Assembly: GCA_046757885.1 (NCBI GenBank)
Contig: JBHHZD010000008.1
Span: forward strand, 4,363-68,362
Source: Gemmatimonadota bacterium
Lineage (GTDB): Bacteria > Gemmatimonadota > Gemmatimonadetes > Palauibacterales > Palauibacteraceae
Length of the DNA stretch: 64,000 bases
Direction of reading: 5' to 3'
The stretch's first letter is position 1; every line of letters starts with the position of its first letter. A program made the position numbers and the translations under genes. A model generated the notes under the pieces. It was not told the origin of the DNA, did not search any database, and was given only the letters and a program-made list of their open reading frames with translations. Below, piece after piece: positions 6,710-15,234 of this stretch.

Positions 6710-9700
6710 TCACGGATCCAGCCGACGGAATCCGATGACCACGCGACGGCCATCGATCTCCACGTCGGCCGAGTGCTCGAACTCCGACGCTCCCGTCGCG
6801 CCGGTCGTGTACTCGCGGGCCAGCGTCTCGCCCTGGATGAAGGGCGCGTGCTCGCGGGCCGCTTCCTCCACCTCGACCGCGCCCCCGACGGCGAGCGCGA
6901 TCCGATCGCTGACCTCGAGGCCCGCCTCCCGACGGAGCCGCTGCACGCGATTCACGATCTCGCGCGCCAGGCCCTCACGCAGGAGGTCCGCATCCAGGTC
7001 CGCATCGAGGGCTACCAGATAACCGTCTGCGGCCTGGACCGCCAGACCGGCCCGCGACTCCTGGACCACGGTCACGGCGTCAGGCTCCACCTCGACCGGC
7101 TCTCCATCGACCTCGACTCGGACCGCGATGCCATCCCTCAGATCGGCCAGAGCCTTCTCATCCAGTCCCCGGATCGCGCGCACGACCGCCGGCGTGCGGG
7201 CGCCGAACCTCGGCCCGAGCCGCCCGAACTCGGGCTTGACGGATAGCCGTATAATATCGTTGCCGCGCGACGGGAATACAACCTCCCGCACGTTGAGTTC
7301 CTCGGCGAGGATGGCTCGTAAGTCCTCGCGAAGCGTGACGCCCCCCGGCAGGATGGCCTGCATCGACCGCAGGGGTTGCCGGACCCGCACCCCGGCCTCT
7401 TCCCGGGCCGCTCGCCCGAGGGCCACGAGCCGGCGCACCGCCTCCATCTCCGCCTCGAGGTCCCGATCCGCCCGGCCGCGCGAGACCGGATAGTCGCGGA
7501 GGTGCACGGACTCGCCTGCGAGCTCGCGGCCCAGCCAGTCGGCCATGAACGGGGCGAATGGGGCGAGCAGGCCGGCGCTCGCGAGCAGCGCCTCGTGCAG
7601 GGTCGCGAACGCATCCGCCGTTCTCGACGCGGCGGACGCCTCGCCGCGTGTCCCCCAGAAGCGGTCCCGGCTGCGGCGCACGTACCAGTTCGAGACATCG
7701 TCCACGACGAAGTCGGAGAGCCGCCGCGCCGCCCGCGTGAGATCGTAGCCCTCCAGATCGTCGCGCACGGCAGCGACGATCGAGTCGAGGCGGCTCAGGA
7801 GCCACCGGTCGAGCGCCGGCCGCGAGGCCGGATCCGAGATCACGGCCGTCTCGTGCGACCATCCCTCCAGGCGAGCGTACATGACGAAGAACCGATAGGT
7901 GCTGCGCAGCGTGTCGAACAGCTTCCGCCGCGTCTCGCGCAGGGCCTGCGGATCCCAGCGCTTCGGAAGCCAGGGCTGGCTGGACGAGAGCAAGTAGAAG
8001 CGGATCGCGTCCGCTCCGTGGTCCGCGATCTCCGCCCACGGATCCACGACGTTGCCTCTCGACTTCGACATCTTCTGCCCGTCCTCGTCCAAGATCAGGT
8101 CGTTCACGACCACGGCCCGGTAGGCGGGGGTCTCGAACAGGATCGTGGAGAGGGCGAGGAGGGAGTAGAACCAGCCGCGCGTCTGATCGACACCTTCCGC
8201 GATGAAATGGGCCGGAAAGTGCCGCTCGAACTCCTCCCGGTGCTCGAACGGGTAGTGCCACTGGGCATAGGGCATCGAGCCGGAGTCGAACCACGCATCC
8301 ATGACCTCGGGCACGCGGCGCATCGCGCCGCCGCAGCCGTCCTCGGAACACGGCCAGGTGACCTCGTCGATGCCGGGCCGATGCGGATCGAAGTCCTCCG
8401 GCAGCCCCCGCGCTCGGCCGGCGAGCTCATGATAGGAGCCGATGACCTCGCGGTGCTCGTCGTCGCGGTCGCAGCTCCAGATCGGGAGCGGCGTCCCCCA
8501 GTAGCGGTCCCGCGAGATCGCCCAGTCGACGTTGTTCTCCAGCCACTCGCCCATGCGTCCGCGGCCGATCTCGGCCGGGTGCCAGCTCACGGCCGCGTTG
8601 TTCGCGAGCAGGGCCTCCCGGACGGCCGTCGTGCGCACGTACCAGGAGTCGCGGGCCACGTACAGCAGAGGGCTGTCGCAACGCCAGCAGTGGGGGTAGC
8701 TGTGCGTGACGGTCTCCTCGCGCAGAAGGAGGCCCGCCTCGCGCAGGCGCTCGAGGATGCGGCCATCGGCGTCCTTCACGAACTCCCCCCCCACCTCTCG
8801 TACGTCCGGCTCGAACCGACCCGCGTCGTCCACCGGCCGTACGACCGGGAGCCCGAGATCGCGACCCAGGCCGAAATCGTCGGCGCCGAAGGCGGGCGCG
8901 ATGTGCACGAGGCCCGTCCCCTCGTCGTCGCTCACGAAATCGGCCGGCGCGACCCCACCCTCCCGCTCGGCGTACGCGGGCGTCCAGTCCAGGGGCCGCC
9001 GGTAGCGGATCTCCGCCAGCTCTCCGGCCGGCACCGGGCGCAGAACCTCCAGCCGCTCGCCGAACAGCGCCTCCGCTCGAGCCCGGCTCAGGATGAGGCT
9101 CCCGGAGCCGCGCGGGTCAGAGACCTCCACGTAGTCGAGGCGCGGGCCGAACGCCACCGCGACGTTCGAGACGAGGGTCCAAGGCGTAGTCGTCCACACG
9201 AGCAGCGCCCGCTCCTCCTCTCCGACGATCGGGAATCGAACGTGGGCCGAGGGATCGGACCGGTCCGCGTACCCCAGCGCCACCTCGTGGCTCGACAGGC
9301 CGGTGCCACAGCGCGGGCAGTAGGGCACGACCTTGTGCCCCCGGTACAGCAGGCCCCGGCGATCGATCTCCGCCAGCGCCCACCACACCGACTCGACGTA
9401 CTCGTTCGAGCACGTGATGTACGGATTCGCGTAGTCCAGCCAGTAGCCGATGCGCAGGGAGAGGCGCTCCCACTCCTCCTTGTAGGTGAACAGGTTCTCG
9501 CGGCAGATCCGGTTGAACGCCTCGATTCCGATCTTCTCGATCTCGGGCTTCCCGGAGATCCCCAGACGCCTCTCCGCCTCGATCTCGACGGGGAGGCCGT
9601 GCGTGTCCCAGCCGGCGATCCGCGTGACGTGCCAGCCCGTCATCGACCGGTATCGGGCGATGGCGTCCTTGATCGTGCGGGAGATGATGTGGTGCACGCC

Positions 9701-9859
9701 CGGTCGGCCGTTGGCCGTCGGCGGCCCCTCGTAGAACACGAACTCGGGGTCGCGGCTGCGACGCTCCAGGCTGCGGGCGAAGGTGTCCTCCCGCTGCCAG
9801 AGGGCGAGGGTCTCTTCCTCGAGAGCGCCCTCGCCTTCCGGGAGGTCCCGGTACGTCAT
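6710..9859 (-). CDS. ileS: Isoleucine--tRNA ligase, type 2 (IleRS2)
   Basis: EGPPTANG-x-PGVHH, GWDTHGLP, WTTTPWT, DWAISRDRYWGTP, DQTRGWF, KMSKS. Type-2 C-terminus (REIVNRVQRLRREAGLEVSDRI). Confidence 0.97.
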   Translation of the reverse strand: MTYRDLPEGEGALEEETLALWQREDTFARSLERRSRDPEFVFYEGPPTANGRPGVHHIISRTIKDAIARYRSMTGWHVTRIAGWDTHGLPVEIEAERRLGISGKPEIEKIGIEAFNRICRENLFTYKEEWERLSLRIGYWLDYANPYITCSNEYVESVWWALAEIDRRGLLYRGHKVVPYCPRCGTGLSSHEVALGYADRSDPSAHVRFPIVGEEERALLVWTTTPWTLVSNVAVAFGPRLDYVEVSDPRGSGSLILSRARAEALFGERLEVLRPVPAGELAEIRYRRPLDWTPAYAEREGGVAPADFVSDDEGTGLVHIAPAFGADDFGLGRDLGLPVVRPVDDAGRFEPDVREVGGEFVKDADGRILERLREAGLLLREETVTHSYPHCWRCDSPLLYVARDSWYVRTTAVREALLANNAAVSWHPAEIGRGRMGEWLENNVDWAISRDRYWGTPLPIWSCDRDDEHREVIGSYHELAGRARGLPEDFDPHRPGIDEVTWPCSEDGCGGAMRRVPEVMDAWFDSGSMPYAQWHYPFEHREEFERHFPAHFIAEGVDQTRGWFYSLLALSTILFETPAYRAVVVNDLILDEDGQKMSKSRGNVVDPWAEIADHGADAIRFYLLSSSQPWLPKRWDPQALRETRRKLFDTLRSTYRFFVMYARLEGWSHETAVISDPASRPALDRWLLSRLDSIVAAVRDDLEGYDLTRAARRLSDFVVDDVSNWYVRRSRDRFWGTRGEASAASRTADAFATLHEALLASAGLLAPFAPFMADWLGRELAGESVHLRDYPVSRGRADRDLEAEMEAVRRLVALGRAAREEAGVRVRQPLRSMQAILPGGVTLREDLRAILAEELNVREVVFPSRGNDIIRLSVKPEFGRLGPRFGARTPAVVRAIRGLDEKALADLRDGIAVRVEVDGEPVEVEPDAVTVVQESRAGLAVQAADGYLVALDADLDADLLREGLAREIVNRVQRLRREAGLEVSDRIALAVGGAVEVEEAAREHAPFIQGETLAREYTTGATGASEFEHSADVEIDGRRVVIGFRRLDP

Positions 9860-10650
9860 CGGTCGCCGGCCAGCGCGCGGAGCACCCCGGTCAGGAGCCG
9901 CAGGAGGCCTTCGGCGGCGGTCGATTCCGTCCCGCCGGAGCCCGACGAGCCCGGCGCGGCGAGACGCTCGACGATCATGAGACCGAGCACGCGCAGACCG
10001 GCGTGCCGCGCCGTGATCACCTCCCAGACCCCGAACGTGCCCATCACGTCCGCCCCGAGCTCCGCCTCGATTCCGGACCGGCCCTCGCCAGGACGCGCCG
10101 CCAGGAGGACGGCCTCACGCAGCGGGATGGACAGCTGGGCCGCCGTGCGCAGGGCGAGGCGGCGAAGCTCCGGGTCGTAGGCCTCCGAGAGGTCGGGAAA
10201 GCGCGGGCCGTGCTCGTCCACGTTCGGACCGACGAGCGGGTTTCCGCCCAGGAGGTTGATGTGGTCGGAGAGCACCGCGAGCTCGCCCGGCGTCCACTCC
10301 GCGCTCAGAGCGACCGCGCGTCCCCCCACGATCAGCGCCTCCGCTCCGAGCTCACGGAACACGCGCACGGGCCACGCGGATCGGGCGGGGTCGGCGGCGC
10401 CTTCCGGCGCGCCTCGCTCCAGGACGGCCACGGACACGCCGGCCAGCTCACCGAGCAAGAGCGCAGCGGCGTCGCCGGCCCACGGCACAGAGACCTCGTG
10501 GGGGACGGGGACGCACTTCGACAGGCTCCTCGCGAGACCCGGAGGCGTGCCCTCCAGGACGATCGCGACGCGCGGAGCGTCGGCCCCCAGGCGGCGCATC
10601 GTCTCCATCGCTTCCTTCGCGCCGGCGCCCGTGGCCAGCGCCTCCCTCAT
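9856..10650 (-). CDS. Purine-nucleoside phosphorylase-like protein, active site degenerate
   Basis: DHINLLGGNPLVGPNVDEHGPRFPDLSEAYD is typical of trimeric PNP, but the GSG, GRxH, TNAAG, YET, GMST and TN motifs are missing. Confidence 0.75.
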   Translation of the reverse strand: MREALATGAGAKEAMETMRRLGADAPRVAIVLEGTPPGLARSLSKCVPVPHEVSVPWAGDAAALLLGELAGVSVAVLERGAPEGAADPARSAWPVRVFRELGAEALIVGGRAVALSAEWTPGELAVLSDHINLLGGNPLVGPNVDEHGPRFPDLSEAYDPELRRLALRTAAQLSIPLREAVLLAARPGEGRSGIEAELGADVMGTFGVWEVITARHAGLRVLGLMIVERLAAPGSSGSGGTESTAAEGLLRLLTGVLRALAGDR

Positions 10651-11156
10651 GCGCCCTCCGCTCCCGGCCGCTCCTCGCCGGCCTCCTCGACCCCTTCGAG
10701 CCGTTTCTCCTCCTCGTCCAGCTCGTCCTGGAAGCGCGCGATCGTGGCCCGCAGGTCCTGGAGGATCCGGCGCCGCTTGCCCTGCAGGTCCACCAGGCGC
10801 TCCTCGGCTCTCCGCAGCTCGAGCTCCGCCTCGCGCGCGATCGTCTCCGCCTCCGATTCCGCCTCCCGGATCTTGAGAGCCGCCGAGCGCTCCGCCTGCG
10901 CACGTGCCTCCTCCCGCAGCTCCTGCGCGGAGAGCAGAGCCTCGTTCAGCGCCCGTTCTCGCTCCCGGTACGCCTCGAGCTCATCGTTGAGCCGGCCGAC
11001 CTCCCTGGACAGGCTCGTCTCCTTCTGCACGAGGCCCTCGAGCCGCTCGGCCACGAGATCCAGGAACGCGTCGACCTGTCCCGTCTCGTAGCCGCGGACC
11101 GTCCTCCGGAAGTCCTCTTTCTTCTTGCGGACGTCGAGTGGCGTCAGATCCATCAT
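10647..11156 (-). CDS. DivIVA domain protein
   Basis: MDLTPLDVRKKK-F---VRGY----VDAFL followed by a coiled coil. ATG overlaps the yggS stop. Confidence 0.9.
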   Translation of the reverse strand: MMDLTPLDVRKKKEDFRRTVRGYETGQVDAFLDLVAERLEGLVQKETSLSREVGRLNDELEAYRERERALNEALLSAQELREEARAQAERSAALKIREAESEAETIAREAELELRRAEERLVDLQGKRRRILQDLRATIARFQDELDEEEKRLEGVEEAGEERPGAEGA

Positions 11157-11854
11157 CTCGGCCTCTCCCCAAACAGTATCGTTCCGAGCCGGACGCGCGT
11201 GCTTCCCTCTTCGACCGCGATCTCGAAGTCGTTGCTCATCCCCATCGAGAGGGTCCGGCCCGGCAAGTCCGGAACCTCCGTGGCGCAGGCCTCGAGCAGC
11301 TCGCGGGCTCGCGTGAAGACGGCCCGCAGCACCGTCTCGTCGCCCGTGAGGGGCGCCATCGTCATCAGGCCGTCGACCCGCAGCCCCTGGAGCGCGCAGA
11401 TACGGGCGATGGCCGGCAGCGCCTCCGCCGCCGGCAGCCCTCCCTTGGAGGCCTCTCCCGAACAGTTCACCTCGACGAGCACGGGCAGTCGGGGCCGCCC
11501 CGCCTCTCGCGCGAGCCGGTCCAGGCGCTCCGCGAGTCGAAGCGAGTCGACGGACTCGATGACGTCGAAGGCGCGAATCGCGCGTGCGGCCTTGTTGCGC
11601 TGAAGATGGCCGACGAGGTGCCAGCGGAGGCCCAGCGATCCGACCGACTCGCGCTTCGCCTCCGCCTCCGCCACCCGGTTCTCGCCGACTGAGACCAGGC
11701 CCGCGTCCCGAACCAGGGTGACCGCGCGGGCGGCGTGACCCTTCGTCACCGGCAGGATCTCGACCGCGTCCGGCGGCCTGCCGCTCCGCGCGGCGGCCGC
11801 GGAAATCCGCTCGCGCACCCGGTCGATTCTGCGCCGCAGCTCCGCCTCGTTCAC
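11153..11854 (-). CDS. yggS: YggS/PipY PLP homeostasis protein
   Basis: VTK (PLP lysine), GENRVAE, WHLVGHLQRNK, GLMTMAP, LSMGMSNDF, VRLGTILFG. Confidence 0.95.
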   Translation of the reverse strand: MNEAELRRRIDRVRERISAAAARSGRPPDAVEILPVTKGHAARAVTLVRDAGLVSVGENRVAEAEAKRESVGSLGLRWHLVGHLQRNKAARAIRAFDVIESVDSLRLAERLDRLAREAGRPRLPVLVEVNCSGEASKGGLPAAEALPAIARICALQGLRVDGLMTMAPLTGDETVLRAVFTRARELLEACATEVPDLPGRTLSMGMSNDFEIAVEEGSTRVRLGTILFGERPR

Positions 11855-11863
11855 GGTCCGGCA

Positions 11864-11892
11864 AGTCTACAGGCCCGCCACAGACGGGGCAA
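11864..11892 (-). promoter_or_regulatory. sigma70 promoter of the yggS-divIVA-ileS operon
   Basis: TTGCCC, 17 nt, TAGACT, ending 9 nt before the GTG. No Shine-Dalgarno. Confidence 0.6.
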
Positions 11893-11922
11893 CGGCGGGC
11901 CGCCGCCGGCCGCCGCGCGCGC

Positions 11923-11959
11923 AAACAAAGAAGCCGCCCGCGGGACGCGGGCGGCTTCT
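11923..11959 (-). terminator. Intrinsic terminator after tonB
   Basis: 14-bp stem AGAAGCCGCCCGCG/CGCGGGCGGCTTCT followed by TTGTTT. Confidence 0.75.
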
Positions 11960-11992
11960 GATCCTTCGCCTGCGCGGCGCGCCGGGATGACT

Positions 11993-12673
11993 CTAGTTGT
12001 TGACGCTGAAGGCGACCTGCTGCTGGACCCAGACACCGACCGGCTTGTCGCGGTTCATGGCCGGAGAGAACTTCATCTTCTCCACCACCTGGGCGGCGGC
12101 GTTGTCCAGCGCCGGGTACCCGCTGCTCTTGTTGACCTGAGACTTCTCGGGACGGCCCTGTTCGTCCACGAACACCCAGAGCAACACGGTACCGCCGATT
12201 CCGGCCTCCTTGAGGAAGGACGGGTACAATCGCTTGAGAATCCTCGTAATCTCCGAGCGGTTCTTGAGCCGCGGCTCGATGTCGCGCGCGATGTAGGACG
12301 GCTGGTCCGACGGCTTCGCGCCTTCCGGCGGCGGGGGCAGGTTCTCGACCGGATTGTCCTCGAACGTCGTCGGCGCGATCGTGATGTCCTCGTCGATCTC
12401 CGCCGCGGCGACGCGAGGCGTGGCGGGGCGCGCGATCTGCTCCGGCGGCGGCGGGATCTTCACCTCGGGCGGGAGCTCGATCGCCTCGAACTCCTCGGTG
12501 ACGGACCCGAGGTCCGCGGCCTGAAGCTTCGGGAAGAAGGCGAAGAGAACGAAGTGGACGACCGTCGCCGCAATGACGCTCATGTACGTCCACTTCCCGT
12601 ACGCGGTCTTGAAGCGGTCGTTGGCCGTGTCCCGGCCGGCCTGCCGCCCCGTGGCGGTGTCGGTCATGGTCAC
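11993..12673 (-). CDS. tonB: TonB-family energy transducer
   Basis: TM helix with S...H (MSVIAATVVHF), Pro-rich linker, TonB_C domain (YPSFLKEAGIGGTV, SSGYPALDNAA, FSPA). Confidence 0.88.
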   Translation of the reverse strand: MTMTDTATGRQAGRDTANDRFKTAYGKWTYMSVIAATVVHFVLFAFFPKLQAADLGSVTEEFEAIELPPEVKIPPPPEQIARPATPRVAAAEIDEDITIAPTTFEDNPVENLPPPPEGAKPSDQPSYIARDIEPRLKNRSEITRILKRLYPSFLKEAGIGGTVLLWVFVDEQGRPEKSQVNKSSGYPALDNAAAQVVEKMKFSPAMNRDKPVGVWVQQQVAFSVNN

Positions 12674-13113
12674 CTCCTCGCTCTCGCGACCCGCTGCTCG
12701 ATCCGGGTCGCGAACGTCACCCGTACGGCGCCAGACGCCTGCAGCTGCTTCGTGATCGCGTTGATCTCGCTGTACGGCACTTCCCGGTCCCCGCGGATCG
12801 CGACGACGAGCTCGCGGTTCTGGGCGTAGATCGGCCGGACGACATCCGCGATGTTCTCGTTCGGCACGAGCTGGTCGTTGATGTAGACCCGGCCGTCCCG
12901 CTCGACCCAGATGTGGAGCACGTTCTTGCGCTTCTCATCGATCTTCTGGGTGGCCTCGGCCGTCGTCCACTCGATGTCCCGCTTCTTCTCCTTCCGGAAC
13001 ACGGTCGTGACCATGAAGAAGATGAGGAGCAGGAACGCGATGTCCGCCATGGATGACGACGGGATCTCGCTGCTGGCCCCCGACTTCCGCTTGAAACCGC
13101 CCCGCTTGGCCAT
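12670..13113 (-). CDS. exbD: ExbD/TolR biopolymer transport protein
   Basis: SMADIAFLLLIFF TM helix with the essential Asp; IRGDREVPY. Confidence 0.9.
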   Translation of the reverse strand: MAKRGGFKRKSGASSEIPSSSMADIAFLLLIFFMVTTVFRKEKKRDIEWTTAEATQKIDEKRKNVLHIWVERDGRVYINDQLVPNENIADVVRPIYAQNRELVVAIRGDREVPYSEINAITKQLQASGAVRVTFATRIEQRVARARR

Positions 13114-13115
13114 CC

Positions 13116-13538
13116 CTATTCACCGAGCATCTGGAGGGAGATCCTCTCCGCGCCCGCGAGCTTCACCTCATCGAGCACGTTCACCATGTGGCGATACGGG
13201 GCGTCCGGATCCGTCTTGACGGCCGCGATCAGCTTCGGATTCGCGGCGAGCTCCTGGCGCAGGATCCCCTCGACCTGTCGGTACGCCACGACCTGCTCCT
13301 GCTCGCTCTCGCCCCGCTTCACGACGACGGAGCCGTCGGACCGCACGAGCAGAAACAGCAGGTTCTTGGCCGACACGTCCTGCTCCTCGCTCGGCTCGGG
13401 AAGCACGATGGGCAGGCCCTTCTCCTCGTTGAACACCGTCGTGGTCAGGAAGAAGATGAGCAGGAGGAAGGCGATGTCGGCCATCGAGGCCGTCGGAATC
13501 TCGTCCGACACCCGCTCCTTGCGATTCAGAATCGGCAT
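13116..13538 (-). CDS. exbD: ExbD/TolR biopolymer transport protein (second paralogue)
   Basis: SMADIAFLLLIFF; DAPYRHMVNVLDEVK. Confidence 0.9.
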   Translation of the reverse strand: MPILNRKERVSDEIPTASMADIAFLLLIFFLTTTVFNEEKGLPIVLPEPSEEQDVSAKNLLFLLVRSDGSVVVKRGESEQEQVVAYRQVEGILRQELAANPKLIAAVKTDPDAPYRHMVNVLDEVKLAGAERISLQMLGE

Positions 13539-13595
13539 CGTGTCCGTATGCTCCGTCGAGGGTTCGCGGCGCCCGGGGAACGGGGATCCCGCTCC

Positions 13596-14240
13596 TCAGG
13601 CGGCCATCTCGCTCCGCCAGATGAGGTCCAGCACGGCCTGCGCGCCTTTCTCCATGTCCGCGATCAGCGTGTCCACCCGCGTGACGAAGAAGTTGTAGAA
13701 CACGTTCACGGGGATCGCGATCGTCAGACCCGCGGCGGTCGTGATGAGCGCCACCTTGATCCCGGAGGCCACGAGCGCCGGCTCCACCTGTCCGGCCGCC
13801 TCGATCGCGGCGAACGCCGAGATCATCCCGATGACCGTACCCAGGAACCCCAGCATGGGTGCCACGTTCGCGATCGTCGCCAGGACCACCAGCCCCCGCT
13901 CCAGGAAATCGAGCTCGATCGAGCCGGTCGTCGAGATCGCCTTCTCGATGTCCTTGCCCGTGTGCCGGCCCTGGACGCGCATGAGGCCGGCGAGCAGGAT
14001 GGCAGCCACGGGCCCGCGCGTCTCCTCGGCCTTCTGGATCGCCGCGCCGATGTGCCCTCCGGTACCCAGGGACCGGATGTCCTCGAGGAGGCGCTGCGAC
14101 TCCCGGTGGGCGACGACGAGCGTCCACATCTTGGCGATGATCACGCCGAGCGCGATGAGCGAGCACAGCACCAGGGGCAGCATCATGAAGCCCCCGTCGC
14201 GGAAGATCGTCAGCAGCTCGTAGCTCGTGTCCGGTTGCAC
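13596..14240 (-). CDS. exbB: MotA/TolQ/ExbB proton channel protein
   Basis: APMLGFLGTVIGMI and GIKVALITTAAGL. GTG at 14240 follows GGGAG. Confidence 0.92.
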   Translation of the reverse strand: MQPDTSYELLTIFRDGGFMMLPLVLCSLIALGVIIAKMWTLVVAHRESQRLLEDIRSLGTGGHIGAAIQKAEETRGPVAAILLAGLMRVQGRHTGKDIEKAISTTGSIELDFLERGLVVLATIANVAPMLGFLGTVIGMISAFAAIEAAGQVEPALVASGIKVALITTAAGLTIAIPVNVFYNFFVTRVDTLIADMEKGAQAVLDLIWRSEMAA

Positions 14241-14311
14241 GCCACACTCCCTCTCAGGCTCTCGATGGCGGCGCCACCCGTGCGGCCGGGAGCGCATCTC
14301 CGAAACTCAAG

Positions 14312-14340
14312 ATGTTACGCGGCCCCCCGAAGCTCGTCAA
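14312..14340 (-). promoter_or_regulatory. sigma70 promoter of exbB-exbD-exbD-tonB
   Basis: TTGACG, 17 nt, TAACAT. Confidence 0.7.
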
Positions 14341-14362
14341 ACGAAGGCGGAGCCCGCGCGGA

Positions 14363-15217
14363 TCAGCGATTCCTCCCGGTCGCCGGCGCCGCGGCCGACG
14401 CTTCCTTCATGTCTCCGGGCGGAGGCCCCTGGACCGGGACGGACTCGGGCAGGGCGCCGGGCTCTCCGCCCGTCGCCAGGCGGTCGCCGAGCTCCTCGGG
14501 CCGCAGGCCCCGCACGAGCTGCCCCCGGTGCGCTAGCGACAGCTGCCCCGTCTCCTCCGAGACCACGACGACCAGCGCGTCGGTCTCTTCCGACAGGCCC
14601 AACGCGGCGCGGTGGCGCGTGCCCAGGGAGCGGTCCACGACCGGCGACTCGGAGAGCCGGAGGACGATGGATCCCGCGTACAGGATCTGCTTGCGCTTCA
14701 CGATCACCGCGCCGTCGTGAAGCGGCGAGTACGGCGTGAAGATCGTGGCCAGGAGCTCGGCCGACACCTCGGCGTTGATCGGCGTCCCCTGATCCACGAA
14801 GTCCGCGAGCTCGACTTCCCGCTCGATCGCGATGATGCCCCCGATCTTCGCCCTCGCGAGCCGGTCCGCGGCCTTCACGATCTCGTCCACGACCTCCTTT
14901 TCCTCCAGCCGGGTGAAGGCCCGGAACCACCGGGTGCGTCCGAGCTGCGCGAGGGCGGTTCGCAACTCGGGCTGGAAGACGACGATGAGGGCGAATGCGC
15001 CGTACGTGAACACCTGCGACAGGATGTACGTGATGAGGCCCAGCTGCAGCGTCTGCGCGAGCGCGTACACCGTGACCAGGAGCACGAACCCGAACATGAT
15101 CTGGAACGCGCGGGTCCCCGAGTAGATGAGCAGGATCCGATAGATCAGGTAGGCGACGAGAACGATCTCGATGAGATCCTTCAGGTCCATCCGAAACACG
15201 TTCAGGTAGTCCAGCAA
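14363..15217 (-). CDS. cdaA: Diadenylate cyclase CdaA/DacA (c-di-AMP synthase)
   Basis: Three N-terminal TM helices, FQPELR, PLHDGA, LGTRHRAA, VSEETG. Start is TTG 15217 or ATG 15190. Confidence 0.93.
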   Translation of the reverse strand: MLDYLNVFRMDLKDLIEIVLVAYLIYRILLIYSGTRAFQIMFGFVLLVTVYALAQTLQLGLITYILSQVFTYGAFALIVVFQPELRTALAQLGRTRWFRAFTRLEEKEVVDEIVKAADRLARAKIGGIIAIEREVELADFVDQGTPINAEVSAELLATIFTPYSPLHDGAVIVKRKQILYAGSIVLRLSESPVVDRSLGTRHRAALGLSEETDALVVVVSEETGQLSLAHRGQLVRGLRPEELGDRLATGGEPGALPESVPVQGPPPGDMKEASAAAPATGRNR

Positions 15218-15234
15218 GGGCTCCGGCTCCCGTT

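Noticed and set aside
9860-10100. T-box riboswitch upstream of ileS
   Set aside because: The ileS start overlaps the upstream stop, so there is no leader, and no T-box motif is visible.
7376-10180. 934-aa plus-strand ORF, and similar ones at 15653-18049, 18592-20643 and 56831-58870
   Set aside because: Antisense to ileS, ftsH, tilS and smc, with shadow-frame composition.
10647-12593. 648-aa ORF suggesting a large DivIVA fusion
   Set aside because: Only the last ~169 aa are DivIVA; the rest is an alternative frame over tonB and yggS. The same applies to the long N-extensions of the cdaA, mnmA, pabA, EamA, yraN and MBL ORFs.
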